Assembly (NCBI GenBank): GCA_024641705.1
Contig: JAHECO010000005.1
Location: 12,770-76,769 of the forward strand
Origin: Candidatus Kryptoniota bacterium
GTDB lineage: Bacteria > Bacteroidota > Ignavibacteria > Kryptoniales > JAKASW01
Direction: 5' to 3'
Length of the DNA: 64,000 nt
Made by a program: the position numbers and the translations under genes. Shown here in pieces: positions 55,769-64,000 of the stretch. Below the pieces are notes generated by a model, which was given only the letters and a program-made list of their open reading frames with translations, ran no database searches and had not been told where the DNA came from. The stretch's first letter is position 1. Each line of letters begins with the position of its first letter.

Positions 55769-57139
55769 TTGAAACAGAAAGAGTTTATTCGGATTGCCTC
55801 CGGGCAAGGCTACTGGGGAGATCTTCCGCAGGCACCTTACTGGCAGGTGAGCAAAGGTCCCACCGATTACCTCGTCATGGATTACCTGGCCGAGGTCACC
55901 ATGTCAATACTCCAGAAGCAGAAATCGCGCGATCCCAAGCTGGGTTACGCGAAAGATCTTCTTCTGGTGATTGAACAGATTCTCCCGATCATCCTCGAAA
56001 AGAATATCAAGGTCATAACGAACGGCGGCGGGGTGAATCCCCAGGCATGCCGCGACGCGATCTTTGAGATCGCCCGCAAGGCGGGCGTGAAGGGGCTGAA
56101 GATAGGCGTGGTCTATGGAGACGATATTTACGGTCGGATAGATCAACTCCTCGAAGCCGGCCATGATCTCAAAAACATGGACACGGGAGAAAGCCTCCGG
56201 ACTGTGCGCGATCGTCTCCAGAGCGCGAACGTATATTTCGGTGCATTCCCCATAGCCGATGCCCTCAGGCAGGGTGCACAGATAGTCCTGACCGGTAGAG
56301 CAACGGATACCGGACTGACGCTCGCGCCGATGATCCATGAGTTCGGCTGGAGTGAGCGGGATTACGACAAGCTCGCGGCAGGCATCGTTGCCGGGCACAT
56401 ACTCGAGTGCGGCGGACAGTCTTCGGGGGGTAATTTCCTGAAAGACTGGCGGAACGTTCCCGACCTCGCGAACATAGGGTTCCCAATTGCCGAGGCCCAT
56501 CCCGACGGTACAGTGTACATCACCAAACACGACGGCACCGGCGGACTCGTGTCTGTAGATACGATCAAAGAGCAGCTGCTGTATGAAATCGGGGACCCGA
56601 GGGAGTACATCACGCCGGAGGTGATTGCCGACTTTACGAGCATCAATCTCGAACAGGCCGGTGAAAACAGGGTCAGAGTCTTCGACATAAAAGGGAAGCC
56701 GGCTACCGACTCTTACAAGGTATCGATGGCTTATTCGGACGGTTTCTACGCAATCGGAACGCTTACTTACGGTTGGCCCGACGCGCTGGAGAAAGCACAG
56801 GCGGCGGACAAGATAATGAGGCAGAGGCTCGAAGACCTGGGCTATAAATACGACGAGTTTCATACGGAATTTCTCGGCTACAATTCCTGCCACGGTCCTC
56901 TCAGCCCAATGCCGTCGGAATTAAACGAGGTGGTGCTGCGGGTCGCGGTAAGAGGAAAGGACAGGGAAGCGATCGACGCTTTCGGCAGGCAGCTTGTGCC
57001 GCTCGTGCTTACCGGTCCTCCGACAGTGACAGGATTCGGTGCCGGGCGTCCGAAGCCTCAGGATGTTGTCGCCTACTGGCCGGCACTCATATCCAAAGAG
57101 CTGGCAAAACCGGTAGTCGAAGTAACTGCACTGAAATGA
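55769..57139 (+). CDS. AtuA-family (DUF1446, acyclic terpene utilisation-like) protein
   Basis: 456 aa with a TTG start. The N-terminal pattern is IRIASGQGYWGDLPQAPYWQV..GPTDYLVMDYLAEVTMSIL. Confidence 0.75.
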   Translation: MKQKEFIRIASGQGYWGDLPQAPYWQVSKGPTDYLVMDYLAEVTMSILQKQKSRDPKLGYAKDLLLVIEQILPIILEKNIKVITNGGGVNPQACRDAIFEIARKAGVKGLKIGVVYGDDIYGRIDQLLEAGHDLKNMDTGESLRTVRDRLQSANVYFGAFPIADALRQGAQIVLTGRATDTGLTLAPMIHEFGWSERDYDKLAAGIVAGHILECGGQSSGGNFLKDWRNVPDLANIGFPIAEAHPDGTVYITKHDGTGGLVSVDTIKEQLLYEIGDPREYITPEVIADFTSINLEQAGENRVRVFDIKGKPATDSYKVSMAYSDGFYAIGTLTYGWPDALEKAQAADKIMRQRLEDLGYKYDEFHTEFLGYNSCHGPLSPMPSELNEVVLRVAVRGKDREAIDAFGRQLVPLVLTGPPTVTGFGAGRPKPQDVVAYWPALISKELAKPVVEVTALK

Positions 57140-57179
57140 ATTTTGAATTCTCAATTCTGAATTCTTAATTCAAAATTCT
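57138..57179 (+). repeat. six tandem heptamers (GAATTTT GAATTCT CAATTCT GAATTCT TAATTCA AAATTCT) filling the atuA / downstream-gene spacer
   Basis: Read directly from the sequence. It contains nested palindromes: three GAATTC sites, and TTGAATT...AATTCAA. Confidence 0.85.
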
Positions 57180-57197
57180 AGTCCACAAGGAGTTCCA

Positions 57198-57536
57198 ATG
57201 AAAAAGGTCCAACTGATAAAGATCGCCCATGCCCGCAGCGGCGACAAAGGGGACGCTTCGAACGTTGGCCTGATCGCACGGAAGGCTGAGTATTATCCGA
57301 TTCTTAGAGAGAAAGTCACGCCGGAGGCGGTCAAGAAACACTTTGCCGGAATCTGCCGCGGGAAGGTGGATCGTTACGAGCTGCCGAATCTTTGCGCACT
57401 GAATTTTCTCCTCCGTGAGGCGCTGGGCGGCGGTGGAACGGTTTCCTTGCGGAACGACGCTCAGGGGAAGACCATGAGCACGGCGCTACTCAGAATGGAA
57501 ATTGAGGTCCCTGACGACCTGGCGATAAGCGGCTGA
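57198..57536 (+). CDS. small AtuA-associated protein (resembles the C-terminal module of longer AtuA proteins)
   Basis: 112 aa with SD AAGGAG. The pattern IAHARSGDKGDASNVGLIAR...LNFLLREALGGGG..SLRNDAQGK is one I recall from the C-terminus of long AtuA-type proteins. Confidence 0.6.
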   Translation: MKKVQLIKIAHARSGDKGDASNVGLIARKAEYYPILREKVTPEAVKKHFAGICRGKVDRYELPNLCALNFLLREALGGGGTVSLRNDAQGKTMSTALLRMEIEVPDDLAISG

Positions 57537-57600
57537 GCCTGATCCCTTTCGGACGGGGCGCGCTTCAGGGTCTTCAGACGAGCGCCTGCCGGAACGCGGA

Positions 57601-58107
57601 TTATTTCGGGGTCGCCTTCTGCTTCTGTATGAACGCTGTTGTGAGGAGGGCACCGAAGATTGTGAAAATCGAATAAACAACCACAACGAGGAAGAAGCTG
57701 AAAAGGGTGTCGATAAGGCCTGGGTGTTTCGCGGCCGCAATTGCCTGGCTCAGCTGGTCCATCAGCCCCGACGGCATCTGCATCCCGTTGAGTATTCGGT
57801 TCAGGATGTTCTTCAACATCTGAAACTTGATGTCGGCGATGAACGGTCCGATGGTGATGTTGAGGACAGTCTCGAAACCCGCCGCAAATATTCCCGTCCA
57901 GAGTCCGAGATAGAAGCCGTCGATGTTCATGATCTTGTAGTCCGGCGGTACGTCGAGGCGGAAGAATAGGACCGCCAGCACCCCTCCGATGAAGAGGCCC
58001 GCGCAGCAGAAACAGTTCACGAGATCGAGGCCTGGTGCGAAGTTTATCACTGCCATTATCAACCCGGCGAACAAGGCGGGCCGGAAGTAAAGCGAATTAT
58101 TCCTCAT
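57601..58107 (-). CDS. hypothetical membrane protein (about 4 TM segments)
   Basis: 168 aa with hydrophobic segments and a CFCC motif. No family recognised. Confidence 0.55.
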   Translation of the reverse strand: MRNNSLYFRPALFAGLIMAVINFAPGLDLVNCFCCAGLFIGGVLAVLFFRLDVPPDYKIMNIDGFYLGLWTGIFAAGFETVLNITIGPFIADIKFQMLKNILNRILNGMQMPSGLMDQLSQAIAAAKHPGLIDTLFSFFLVVVVYSIFTIFGALLTTAFIQKQKATPK

Positions 58108-58579
58108 GCTGCGGAAGCCTTTTCGTTTTAAGTTCTTTCAGGAGCGAAATCCAAACGGGTACGATGTAGAACGCGAGTGAAATGCCAAATATACCTCCCG
58201 TTACCGATCGCGAAGCGAATGTGTTGTGACCGACGTCGAGGTAGTTAACGCTGAAATCTATGATTAGTGCGCCGAGCGGGATGACGAGATAAACCACTTC
58301 CGGGATCTGCACATTCTTCAACGAACGGAAGAACGGGTAGACGATGATTCCCAGCGTTACGCCGTAATAGATAGAGGCGCATCTGGAGCATACCGCCAGC
58401 TTGTAACCGAAGATATGGAAACTCCTCGCGTCGATTTGATCGCAGACAGGCTGAAAGAATCTGTACAGGATATCGGCATTAATTCCGAGGTGGAGGAGGA
58501 TGGGAGGAAAGGTGAAGAGCAAATCGTAAAGGAGAGCGAGCGCGAGGAGGATGAGGTAGTTCTTTCTCTCTTCTTTCAA
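58097..58579 (-). CDS. DUF2085 domain-containing membrane protein
   Basis: 160 aa with the pattern FQPVCDQIDARSFHIFGYKLAVCSRCASIYYG. Confidence 0.75.
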   Translation of the reverse strand: MKEERKNYLILLALALLYDLLFTFPPILLHLGINADILYRFFQPVCDQIDARSFHIFGYKLAVCSRCASIYYGVTLGIIVYPFFRSLKNVQIPEVVYLVIPLGALIIDFSVNYLDVGHNTFASRSVTGGIFGISLAFYIVPVWISLLKELKTKRLPQHEE

Positions 58580-59343
58580 ACGAGCACCTGTGTCCCGGCA
58601 TTCACGCCGCCGACGATCTGCGCGGCGCCGTCCGCGTCGGTGATGTACGCTATTTTCGCCCCGTCCTTCAACGCGCGCACGGCGGCCTCACCCTTCGGGA
58701 TCATGCCCCCGGTGATCTCACCGTTCTTTTTCATCTCTTCGAATTCTTTTTCGTGCATCTTCGGCAACACGTTACCGCCGCTTATGACGCCCGCGACGTT
58801 CGAAAGAAATATAATCAATTCCGACCGGAGGAAAGAAGCCACTGCCGCCGCGGCATAGTCCGCATTTACATTCAACGCATTCCCAGAATCCTTGTCCGTA
58901 CTTATGGGGGATAGTACCACGGCGTGGGTTCTGAGAAACGGTTCAAGTACGGGTAGATTGACGGTGGACACTTCGCCGACAAGCCCGATGTCTTTCCCGT
59001 TGCGGGTGGTTTTCTCCGCAACTAATATTCTCCCGTCGATCCCGCTCAATCCTATCGCCGCCACGCCGTTTCGTTGAAGAGCCCTCACCAGTCGTTTGTT
59101 TATCGAACCCGAAAGCATCATTTCGACCGCGTCTAAACTTTTCTTGTCGGTGTACCTCAGCCCATCCACGAAGTTAGTCCCGATACCGAGCTTCTCGAGC
59201 AAACCGGTGATTTCTTTACCTCCTCCGTGCACGAGGACGATCTGGTGATTCTCCTTTTGAAGCTTCGCCACGAGTAACGCGACCTTCTCCAGGAAGCTGC
59301 TGTCGTCGATCTCATTACCGCCTATTTTGAGGACGATTCTCAA
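58576..59343 (-). CDS. argB: acetylglutamate kinase
   Basis: 255 aa with LKIGGNEI, VLVHGGGKEI, NVNAD and GGMIPK motifs. Confidence 0.9.
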   Translation of the reverse strand: MRIVLKIGGNEIDDSSFLEKVALLVAKLQKENHQIVLVHGGGKEITGLLEKLGIGTNFVDGLRYTDKKSLDAVEMMLSGSINKRLVRALQRNGVAAIGLSGIDGRILVAEKTTRNGKDIGLVGEVSTVNLPVLEPFLRTHAVVLSPISTDKDSGNALNVNADYAAAAVASFLRSELIIFLSNVAGVISGGNVLPKMHEKEFEEMKKNGEITGGMIPKGEAAVRALKDGAKIAYITDADGAAQIVGGVNAGTQVLV

Positions 59344-60377
59344 ATCAGGCCCTCCGACTCCTCCAGTCCGAACATGACATTGAAATTCTGGACTGCCTGG
59401 CCCGCCGCGCCTTTGCCGAGGTTGTCTATCGACGAGACGATTATAGCGTACGGTGAATTCTCGACCTTCTTTACCGAAATGACGGACGCATTCGTGTTGA
59501 TCGTGTGCCGGAAAGTGGCAATCGCGTCGCCGCCGAGGACACTGACGAAGGGTTCGTCTCTGTATGTGGTGGCGTAGATTCCCGTCAGTTCATCCGTGGA
59601 TTTATCGGTCTTCAGCTTCACGTAAATCGTGTTCAACATCCCCCTTGTCACCGGGACGAGGTGAGGAGAGAATATTATCTTGAGTTCGGAGCCGGCAACT
59701 TTTTTCAATTCCTGTTCTATTTCTCCGGTGTGCCTGTGCACATATCCGATATTGTAAGGGGACACGTTCTCGTTGACCTCCGGAAAGAGAAGGCGCAGTT
59801 CGGGTTTTCGCCCGGCGCCTGTAACACCCGACTTCGCGTCGATGATGATAGGTTCCGTCAGTTCGATCAGATGTTGCTTCAGGAGCGGGTACACGCCGAG
59901 TATTGTGGCGGTGGGGTAACAACCGGGATTAGCCACAAACCTCGCTTCGCGGATGGCTTCGCGGTTAATCTCGGTAAGCCCGTAAACGAAATCGTCGAGG
60001 AAATCAGGACTCGTATGTTTGCGGCCGTACCATTTCTCGTACTCTGCGGCGTCGTCGAACCGGTAGTCCGCGCTGAGGTCGATTATCTTGATGTTTGTCG
60101 AGGTGCGGGTGATCGCTTCGACCACCTCCTTTGCTGCACCGTGCGGGAGAGAGAGGAAGGCCGCATCCAACGTTTTGACATCGACATCATCGTTTCTCAT
60201 GATCGCCGCATCGTCCGTTGTAGGGAAGATGTCGCTCAACTTCTTACCCGCGGATGATTCGGCGGTCAGACACTTTATTGCCACGCCGCGGTGGCGTTTC
60301 AGAATCCTGTAAAGCTCATAGCCGGCATATCCCGAAGCGCCGTATATCGCTACGCGAATTTTGTCATTCCTTTTCAA
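59340..60377 (-). CDS. argC: N-acetyl-gamma-glutamyl-phosphate reductase
   Basis: 345 aa with the [10 protein letters not shown] Rossmann motif and the catalytic ANPGCYPTA motif. Confidence 0.93.
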   Translation of the reverse strand: MKRNDKIRVAIYGASGYAGYELYRILKRHRGVAIKCLTAESSAGKKLSDIFPTTDDAAIMRNDDVDVKTLDAAFLSLPHGAAKEVVEAITRTSTNIKIIDLSADYRFDDAAEYEKWYGRKHTSPDFLDDFVYGLTEINREAIREARFVANPGCYPTATILGVYPLLKQHLIELTEPIIIDAKSGVTGAGRKPELRLLFPEVNENVSPYNIGYVHRHTGEIEQELKKVAGSELKIIFSPHLVPVTRGMLNTIYVKLKTDKSTDELTGIYATTYRDEPFVSVLGGDAIATFRHTINTNASVISVKKVENSPYAIIVSSIDNLGKGAAGQAVQNFNVMFGLEESEGLI

Positions 60378-61593
60378 GTTCGAACCCCTTGTGAAGAACG
60401 ACCACAGCCTTCTTCATGTCGTTCTCGTTAAGCACGACGGATATCTTGATTTCGCTGGTCGAGATCATCTGAATGTTGATCCCGGCATCAGCCAGGTACT
60501 TGAACATCCTGGCGGCAACCCCGGAGTGTGTGCGCATTCCGACGCCGACCAGGGATACTTTCGAGACCTTGTCATCACCCACGATGTACGTGGCTTTCTT
60601 CTGGTGGACGAGCTCCTGCAAAATGCCCACGGCCCTTTCGTAATCGCTGCGCGGCACGGTGAAACTCATGTCCGTATAGCCGTCGCTGCTCGCGCTCTGA
60701 ATGATCATGTCGACTACGATCTCGGCTTCGGCCAGAGGGGCGAAGATGCTCTCTGCGATGCCGGGCCGGTCGGAAACGTGAAGCACGGTGATCTTCGCTT
60801 CGTTCTTGTCGTAAGAAATACCGGTTACTACCACGCTTTCCATATCCAGCGTTTCGTTGACTACCATTGTTCCCTCACTATCGTTAAAACTGCTTCTTAC
60901 ATGAATCGGTATATCGAATTTCATCCCGAAGAGGACGGATCTCGTCTGAAGGACTTTCGCGCCGGAACTCGCCAGTTCGAACATCTCCTCGAAACTTATC
61001 TGTTTGATCTTCCTTGCCTCGGGGACGATGTTGGGATCCGTAGTGTAGACTCCGTCGACGTCTGTGTAGATTTCGCAGACCAGCCCGCTTTTCACGTGTG
61101 GTTTCATAGCGGCCGCGATCGCAACCGCCGTCGTGTCGGAACCTCCACGCCCCAGCGTGGTTATGTCGCCTTTTTCGTCGATCCCCTGGAAGCCGGCAAC
61201 GATGGCTATCGCCCCTTCCTTGAGCACGCTGTGGAGCTTCTGCTCATCGATGCGCTTTATGTGGGCCTTCGTGTAGGCGGAGTCTGTCACCAGCCTTACC
61301 TGGTGGTTTTGAAGGGAGCGCGCCCTATAGCCCATGGAGATGAGCGTCATGGAAAGGAGAGCGGTGGAAACCTGTTCTCCTGTCGAGACGAGGACATCCA
61401 TCTCCCTCGGGTCGGGTGACGGTACGGCAGATTTCGCCAGGTCGATCAGCCGGTTGGTCTCTCCGGCCATCGCGCTGACCACGACGACTACGTCGTGTCC
61501 TTCGCTTTTTGCGCGCGCTACCCGTCTCGCTACGTTGTGAATTCTTTCGATAGTCCCGACGGATGTCCCGCCGAATTTCTGCACTATAAGCAT
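60364..61593 (-). CDS. lysC: aspartate kinase
   Basis: 409 aa with [19 protein letters not shown] and two C-terminal ACT domains. Confidence 0.94.
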   Translation of the reverse strand: MLIVQKFGGTSVGTIERIHNVARRVARAKSEGHDVVVVVSAMAGETNRLIDLAKSAVPSPDPREMDVLVSTGEQVSTALLSMTLISMGYRARSLQNHQVRLVTDSAYTKAHIKRIDEQKLHSVLKEGAIAIVAGFQGIDEKGDITTLGRGGSDTTAVAIAAAMKPHVKSGLVCEIYTDVDGVYTTDPNIVPEARKIKQISFEEMFELASSGAKVLQTRSVLFGMKFDIPIHVRSSFNDSEGTMVVNETLDMESVVVTGISYDKNEAKITVLHVSDRPGIAESIFAPLAEAEIVVDMIIQSASSDGYTDMSFTVPRSDYERAVGILQELVHQKKATYIVGDDKVSKVSLVGVGMRTHSGVAARMFKYLADAGINIQMISTSEIKISVVLNENDMKKAVVVLHKGFELEKE

Positions 61594-61611
61594 CTGTTCA
61601 TCTTGACGAAA

Positions 61612-62685
61612 TTATTTCACGTTCATCAGTTTCAGCACATCGTTCAGAACCGGTTTAGCCCTTAGCGGCGGCTTGATATCCCGTGAAGCTGTGTCCGGGT
61701 CTTTCAGTCCGTTTCCGGTAAGCGTGCATACGACGGTATCCTTTTGTGTGAAGCAACCCTTTGCCACGAGCTTCTTCAGCCCCGCGACGGACGACGCCGA
61801 TGCCGGTTCGCAAAATATACCCTCTGTCGACGCGATCAACCTCTGCGCGAAGAGGATCTGCTTGTCCGTCACGATGCCGATTTGCCCATCGGACTCCTCC
61901 AGCGCCTGATCAGCCTGCTTCCAGCTGGCCGGGTTGCCGATCCGAATGGCGGTGGCGACGGTTTCCGGATGTTTTACCACTTTTCCGCGCACGATAGGTG
62001 CTGCGCCGGCTGCCTGGAAACCGAGCATCTTCGGCAGGGAAGTCCCGTGCTTCGCTCCCCATTCGACATAGCCCTTCCAGTAGGCCGTGATGTTGCCCGC
62101 GTTGCCTACCGGAAGCGAATGATGGGTGGGAGCGCCACCTAGCGTCTCTATTATCTCGAAGGATGCAGTCTTCTGTCCCTCGATCCTGAAGGGGTTGATT
62201 GAATTCACGATTACGACTTTTGTCTTCTCGCCGATCTCGCGGACGATGCGTAGGGCGTCGTCGAAATTGCCGTCGATCTCGATCACCTTCGCGCCGTAGA
62301 TGAGTGCCTGGGCCATCTTCCCGACGGCTATCTTGCCTTTCGGAAGTACAACGAATGCGTTCAGGCCGGCCTTGGCTGCGTAGGCCGCGGCAGATGCCGA
62401 AGTGTTGCCTGTCGACGCGCAGATTACGGCCTCGGCCCGGTCGAGCACCGCCTTCGTCATCGCGACTGTCATCCCGCGGTCCTTGAACGAGCCTGTCGGG
62501 TTAGCGCCCTCAAACTTCAGGAATATCTTGCATGGCGCGCCGAGTGCCCTCCTTAAATTGTCCGCCTCGATGAGAGGAGTGTTACCCTCGAGGAGTGTTA
62601 TCGGTTCGGCATCGCCGGGGAGGGGGAGATACTCCCGGTATCTGGATATTACTCCCGAGTACTTCATCTCTAAAATTCCGTTCAC
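61612..62685 (-). CDS. thrC: threonine synthase
   Basis: 357 aa with [11 protein letters not shown] (PLP lysine) and [15 protein letters not shown] motifs. Confidence 0.93.
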   Translation of the reverse strand: MNGILEMKYSGVISRYREYLPLPGDAEPITLLEGNTPLIEADNLRRALGAPCKIFLKFEGANPTGSFKDRGMTVAMTKAVLDRAEAVICASTGNTSASAAAYAAKAGLNAFVVLPKGKIAVGKMAQALIYGAKVIEIDGNFDDALRIVREIGEKTKVVIVNSINPFRIEGQKTASFEIIETLGGAPTHHSLPVGNAGNITAYWKGYVEWGAKHGTSLPKMLGFQAAGAAPIVRGKVVKHPETVATAIRIGNPASWKQADQALEESDGQIGIVTDKQILFAQRLIASTEGIFCEPASASSVAGLKKLVAKGCFTQKDTVVCTLTGNGLKDPDTASRDIKPPLRAKPVLNDVLKLMNVK

Positions 62686-62755
62686 TTCTTAAGATAAACT
62701 AATTTTGGGATAATTTTTGATAGTTACGAGTTCCATCTGTGCTGTTGCGATGAGA

Positions 62756-63784
62756 TCAGAAAGTCAGGACGATTTTCCCGAAGTGCTTCCCGGCCTCCAT
62801 TATCTCGTGGGCTCTCCGCACTTCCGTGAACGGCAGCTTCGTGTCGATCACTGCCTTGAATTTGTTCTTGCTCATCAGCTCGAGCATTGTGTGGAGCAGG
62901 TTCCTGCTACCCATAGTGCTTCCGTATATCGTCATTTGTCTCGAGAAAACGTAACGAAGGTCTGTGACCGCCTCCGCTCCGGTTGTGGCGCCGCACGTGA
63001 CAATCCTTCCGCCGGGTCTCGTGGAGCGAATGGCGTCCGACCACGTGGCCTGGCCCGTGTGCTCGAAGACAACATCGACACCATGTTTGCCGGTGAGTCT
63101 TCTCACCCCGTCGGATATCTTCTCCGATCCATAGTTTATTCCCTCGTCGGCACCGAGTGCTTTTGCCTTCCGGAGCTTCTCATCCGAGCCCGCCACCGCG
63201 ATCACTCTCGCCCCGTGAAGCCTTGCTATCTGGATCGCAGCCGTGCCCACGCCGCTGCTTGCACCCATGATGAGCACTACCTCGTTCGGCCGCACTTGAG
63301 CCTTCTCAACGAGCATCTGGTACGCCGTTATGAAGACGAGGGAAGAGGCGGCAGCATCTTCGAAGGACATCTCATCAGGCAGCCTTATTATGTTGTCGCG
63401 TCTTGCGGCTACAAATTCCGCGTCGGTGCCGTCGCAGTGCTCGCCGAGGATCTTGTATTCACGGCAGAGATTATCATGGCCGGCGAGGCATTGCTCGCAC
63501 TTGCCGCAAGCTTTTCCGGGGGAAATAAGAACCCTGTCGCCGGGCCTCAAGTCGCTCACTTCGCTGCCGACCTCGGAGATGGTGCCGGCACCGTCGGAGC
63601 CGAGGATCATCGGTAGTGGAAGAGAGACGTTCCTCATCCCGCCTCTGACCCAGATATCGAGATGGTTCACCGATGTCGAGGCGATCTTCACTACCGCTTC
63701 GTCGCTATTGGGTACCGGCCGGGGGATCTCGTCTATGACTATTCTGTCGGTCCCACCGTGTTCGTGAACGCGTACTGCTTTCAC
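62756..63784 (-). CDS. zinc-type alcohol dehydrogenase-like (MDR) / quinone oxidoreductase family protein
   Basis: 342 aa with GSDGAG, CGKCEQCLAGHDNLC (structural zinc) and GASSGVGTAAIQIA motifs. Confidence 0.85.
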   Translation of the reverse strand: MKAVRVHEHGGTDRIVIDEIPRPVPNSDEAVVKIASTSVNHLDIWVRGGMRNVSLPLPMILGSDGAGTISEVGSEVSDLRPGDRVLISPGKACGKCEQCLAGHDNLCREYKILGEHCDGTDAEFVAARRDNIIRLPDEMSFEDAAASSLVFITAYQMLVEKAQVRPNEVVLIMGASSGVGTAAIQIARLHGARVIAVAGSDEKLRKAKALGADEGINYGSEKISDGVRRLTGKHGVDVVFEHTGQATWSDAIRSTRPGGRIVTCGATTGAEAVTDLRYVFSRQMTIYGSTMGSRNLLHTMLELMSKNKFKAVIDTKLPFTEVRRAHEIMEAGKHFGKIVLTF

Positions 63785-63785
63785 T

Positions 63786-64000
63786 TCAGCCGACTAGTAC
63801 CGAGCCGCTGTTGACGTTCAGTATTTCGCCGGTAACATGGCTGGCGAGGTCTGATGCGAGAAACAGGATCGGGCCTGCTATGTCGTTGGCCGTCGGTATC
63901 TTACCGAGCGGGATAGCGCGCAGCACTTCCTGCCGGTAAGCGGGATCGTTGAGAGCCTCGGCGCTCATGTCCGTGTCGACCCAGCCGGGGGCAACGCTGT
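63786..64000 (-). CDS. SDR-family oxidoreductase, 3' part only; the 5' end lies beyond the window end
   Basis: The C-terminal SDR pattern IAGPILFLASDLASHVTGEILNVNSGSVL is present, and the reading frame stays open to position 64000. Confidence 0.75.
   Translation of the reverse strand, partial: SVAPGWVDTDMSAEALNDPAYRQEVLRAIPLGKIPTANDIAGPILFLASDLASHVTGEILNVNSGSVLVG

Overview
This is a dense chromosomal fragment with about 66 protein-coding genes. I found no rRNA, tRNA, CRISPR array, transposase or integrase by eye. The source looks like a moderately GC-rich, Shine-Dalgarno-using diderm bacterium. Several features suggest an FCB-group, Ignavibacteria/Chlorobi-like lineage, but this is only a guess: bshA, atpD-atpC standing apart from other atp genes, lepA followed by tandem lepB, a TPR/DUF4292-like/M23 envelope cluster, DUF3108, and GT9 plus waaA. 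All protein identifications rest on motifs and family patterns recalled from memory, because no search could be run.

Layout:
- 1-1285: bshA (partial) and a rhodanese-like gene.
- 1685-13877: a roughly 12 kb, single-strand Cu(I)/Ag(I)-type metal island. It carries a CzcI-like small ORF, an outer-membrane factor, an adaptor lipoprotein with a Met-rich tail, a CusA-type RND pump, a PII-like protein, a YHS protein, a terminator, a YHS-HMA-HMA CopA ATPase, a cupredoxin, a Met/Gly micro-ORF, a second YHS protein, a GDCCVxC protein and an ICMT/CzcN-like methyltransferase. No recognisable regulator is present.
- 14.7-36 kb: housekeeping genes (plsY, gpsA, larC, priA, cdsA, xseAB, dxs, ribDE, bcp, htrA).
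- 36.4-38.3 kb: atpDC.
- 38.4-48.3 kb: a long same-strand run from envelope genes through waaA into a binding-protein-less ABC transporter with a duplicated permease, a standalone AAA-associated-domain protein, nicotinate phosphoribosyltransferase, a hypothetical gene and a thioesterase.
- 48.3-53.1 kb: hemW-lepB-lepB-lepA.
- 53.3-64 kb: mixed genes, then thrC-lysC-argC-argB.

Most notable observations:
- The composite, regulator-less metal island and its unusual accessories.
- Three lesions in otherwise conserved genes within about 8 kb: an in-frame TAG in one of two tandem lepB copies, an in-frame TAG at codon 7 of a PH-domain membrane protein, and a frameshift at a G-run in a hot-dog thioesterase.
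- The uncharacterised ABC module fused transcriptionally to pncB.
- Several heptanucleotide tandem repeats, two of them inside cusA/cusB coding sequence and one filling an intergenic spacer.
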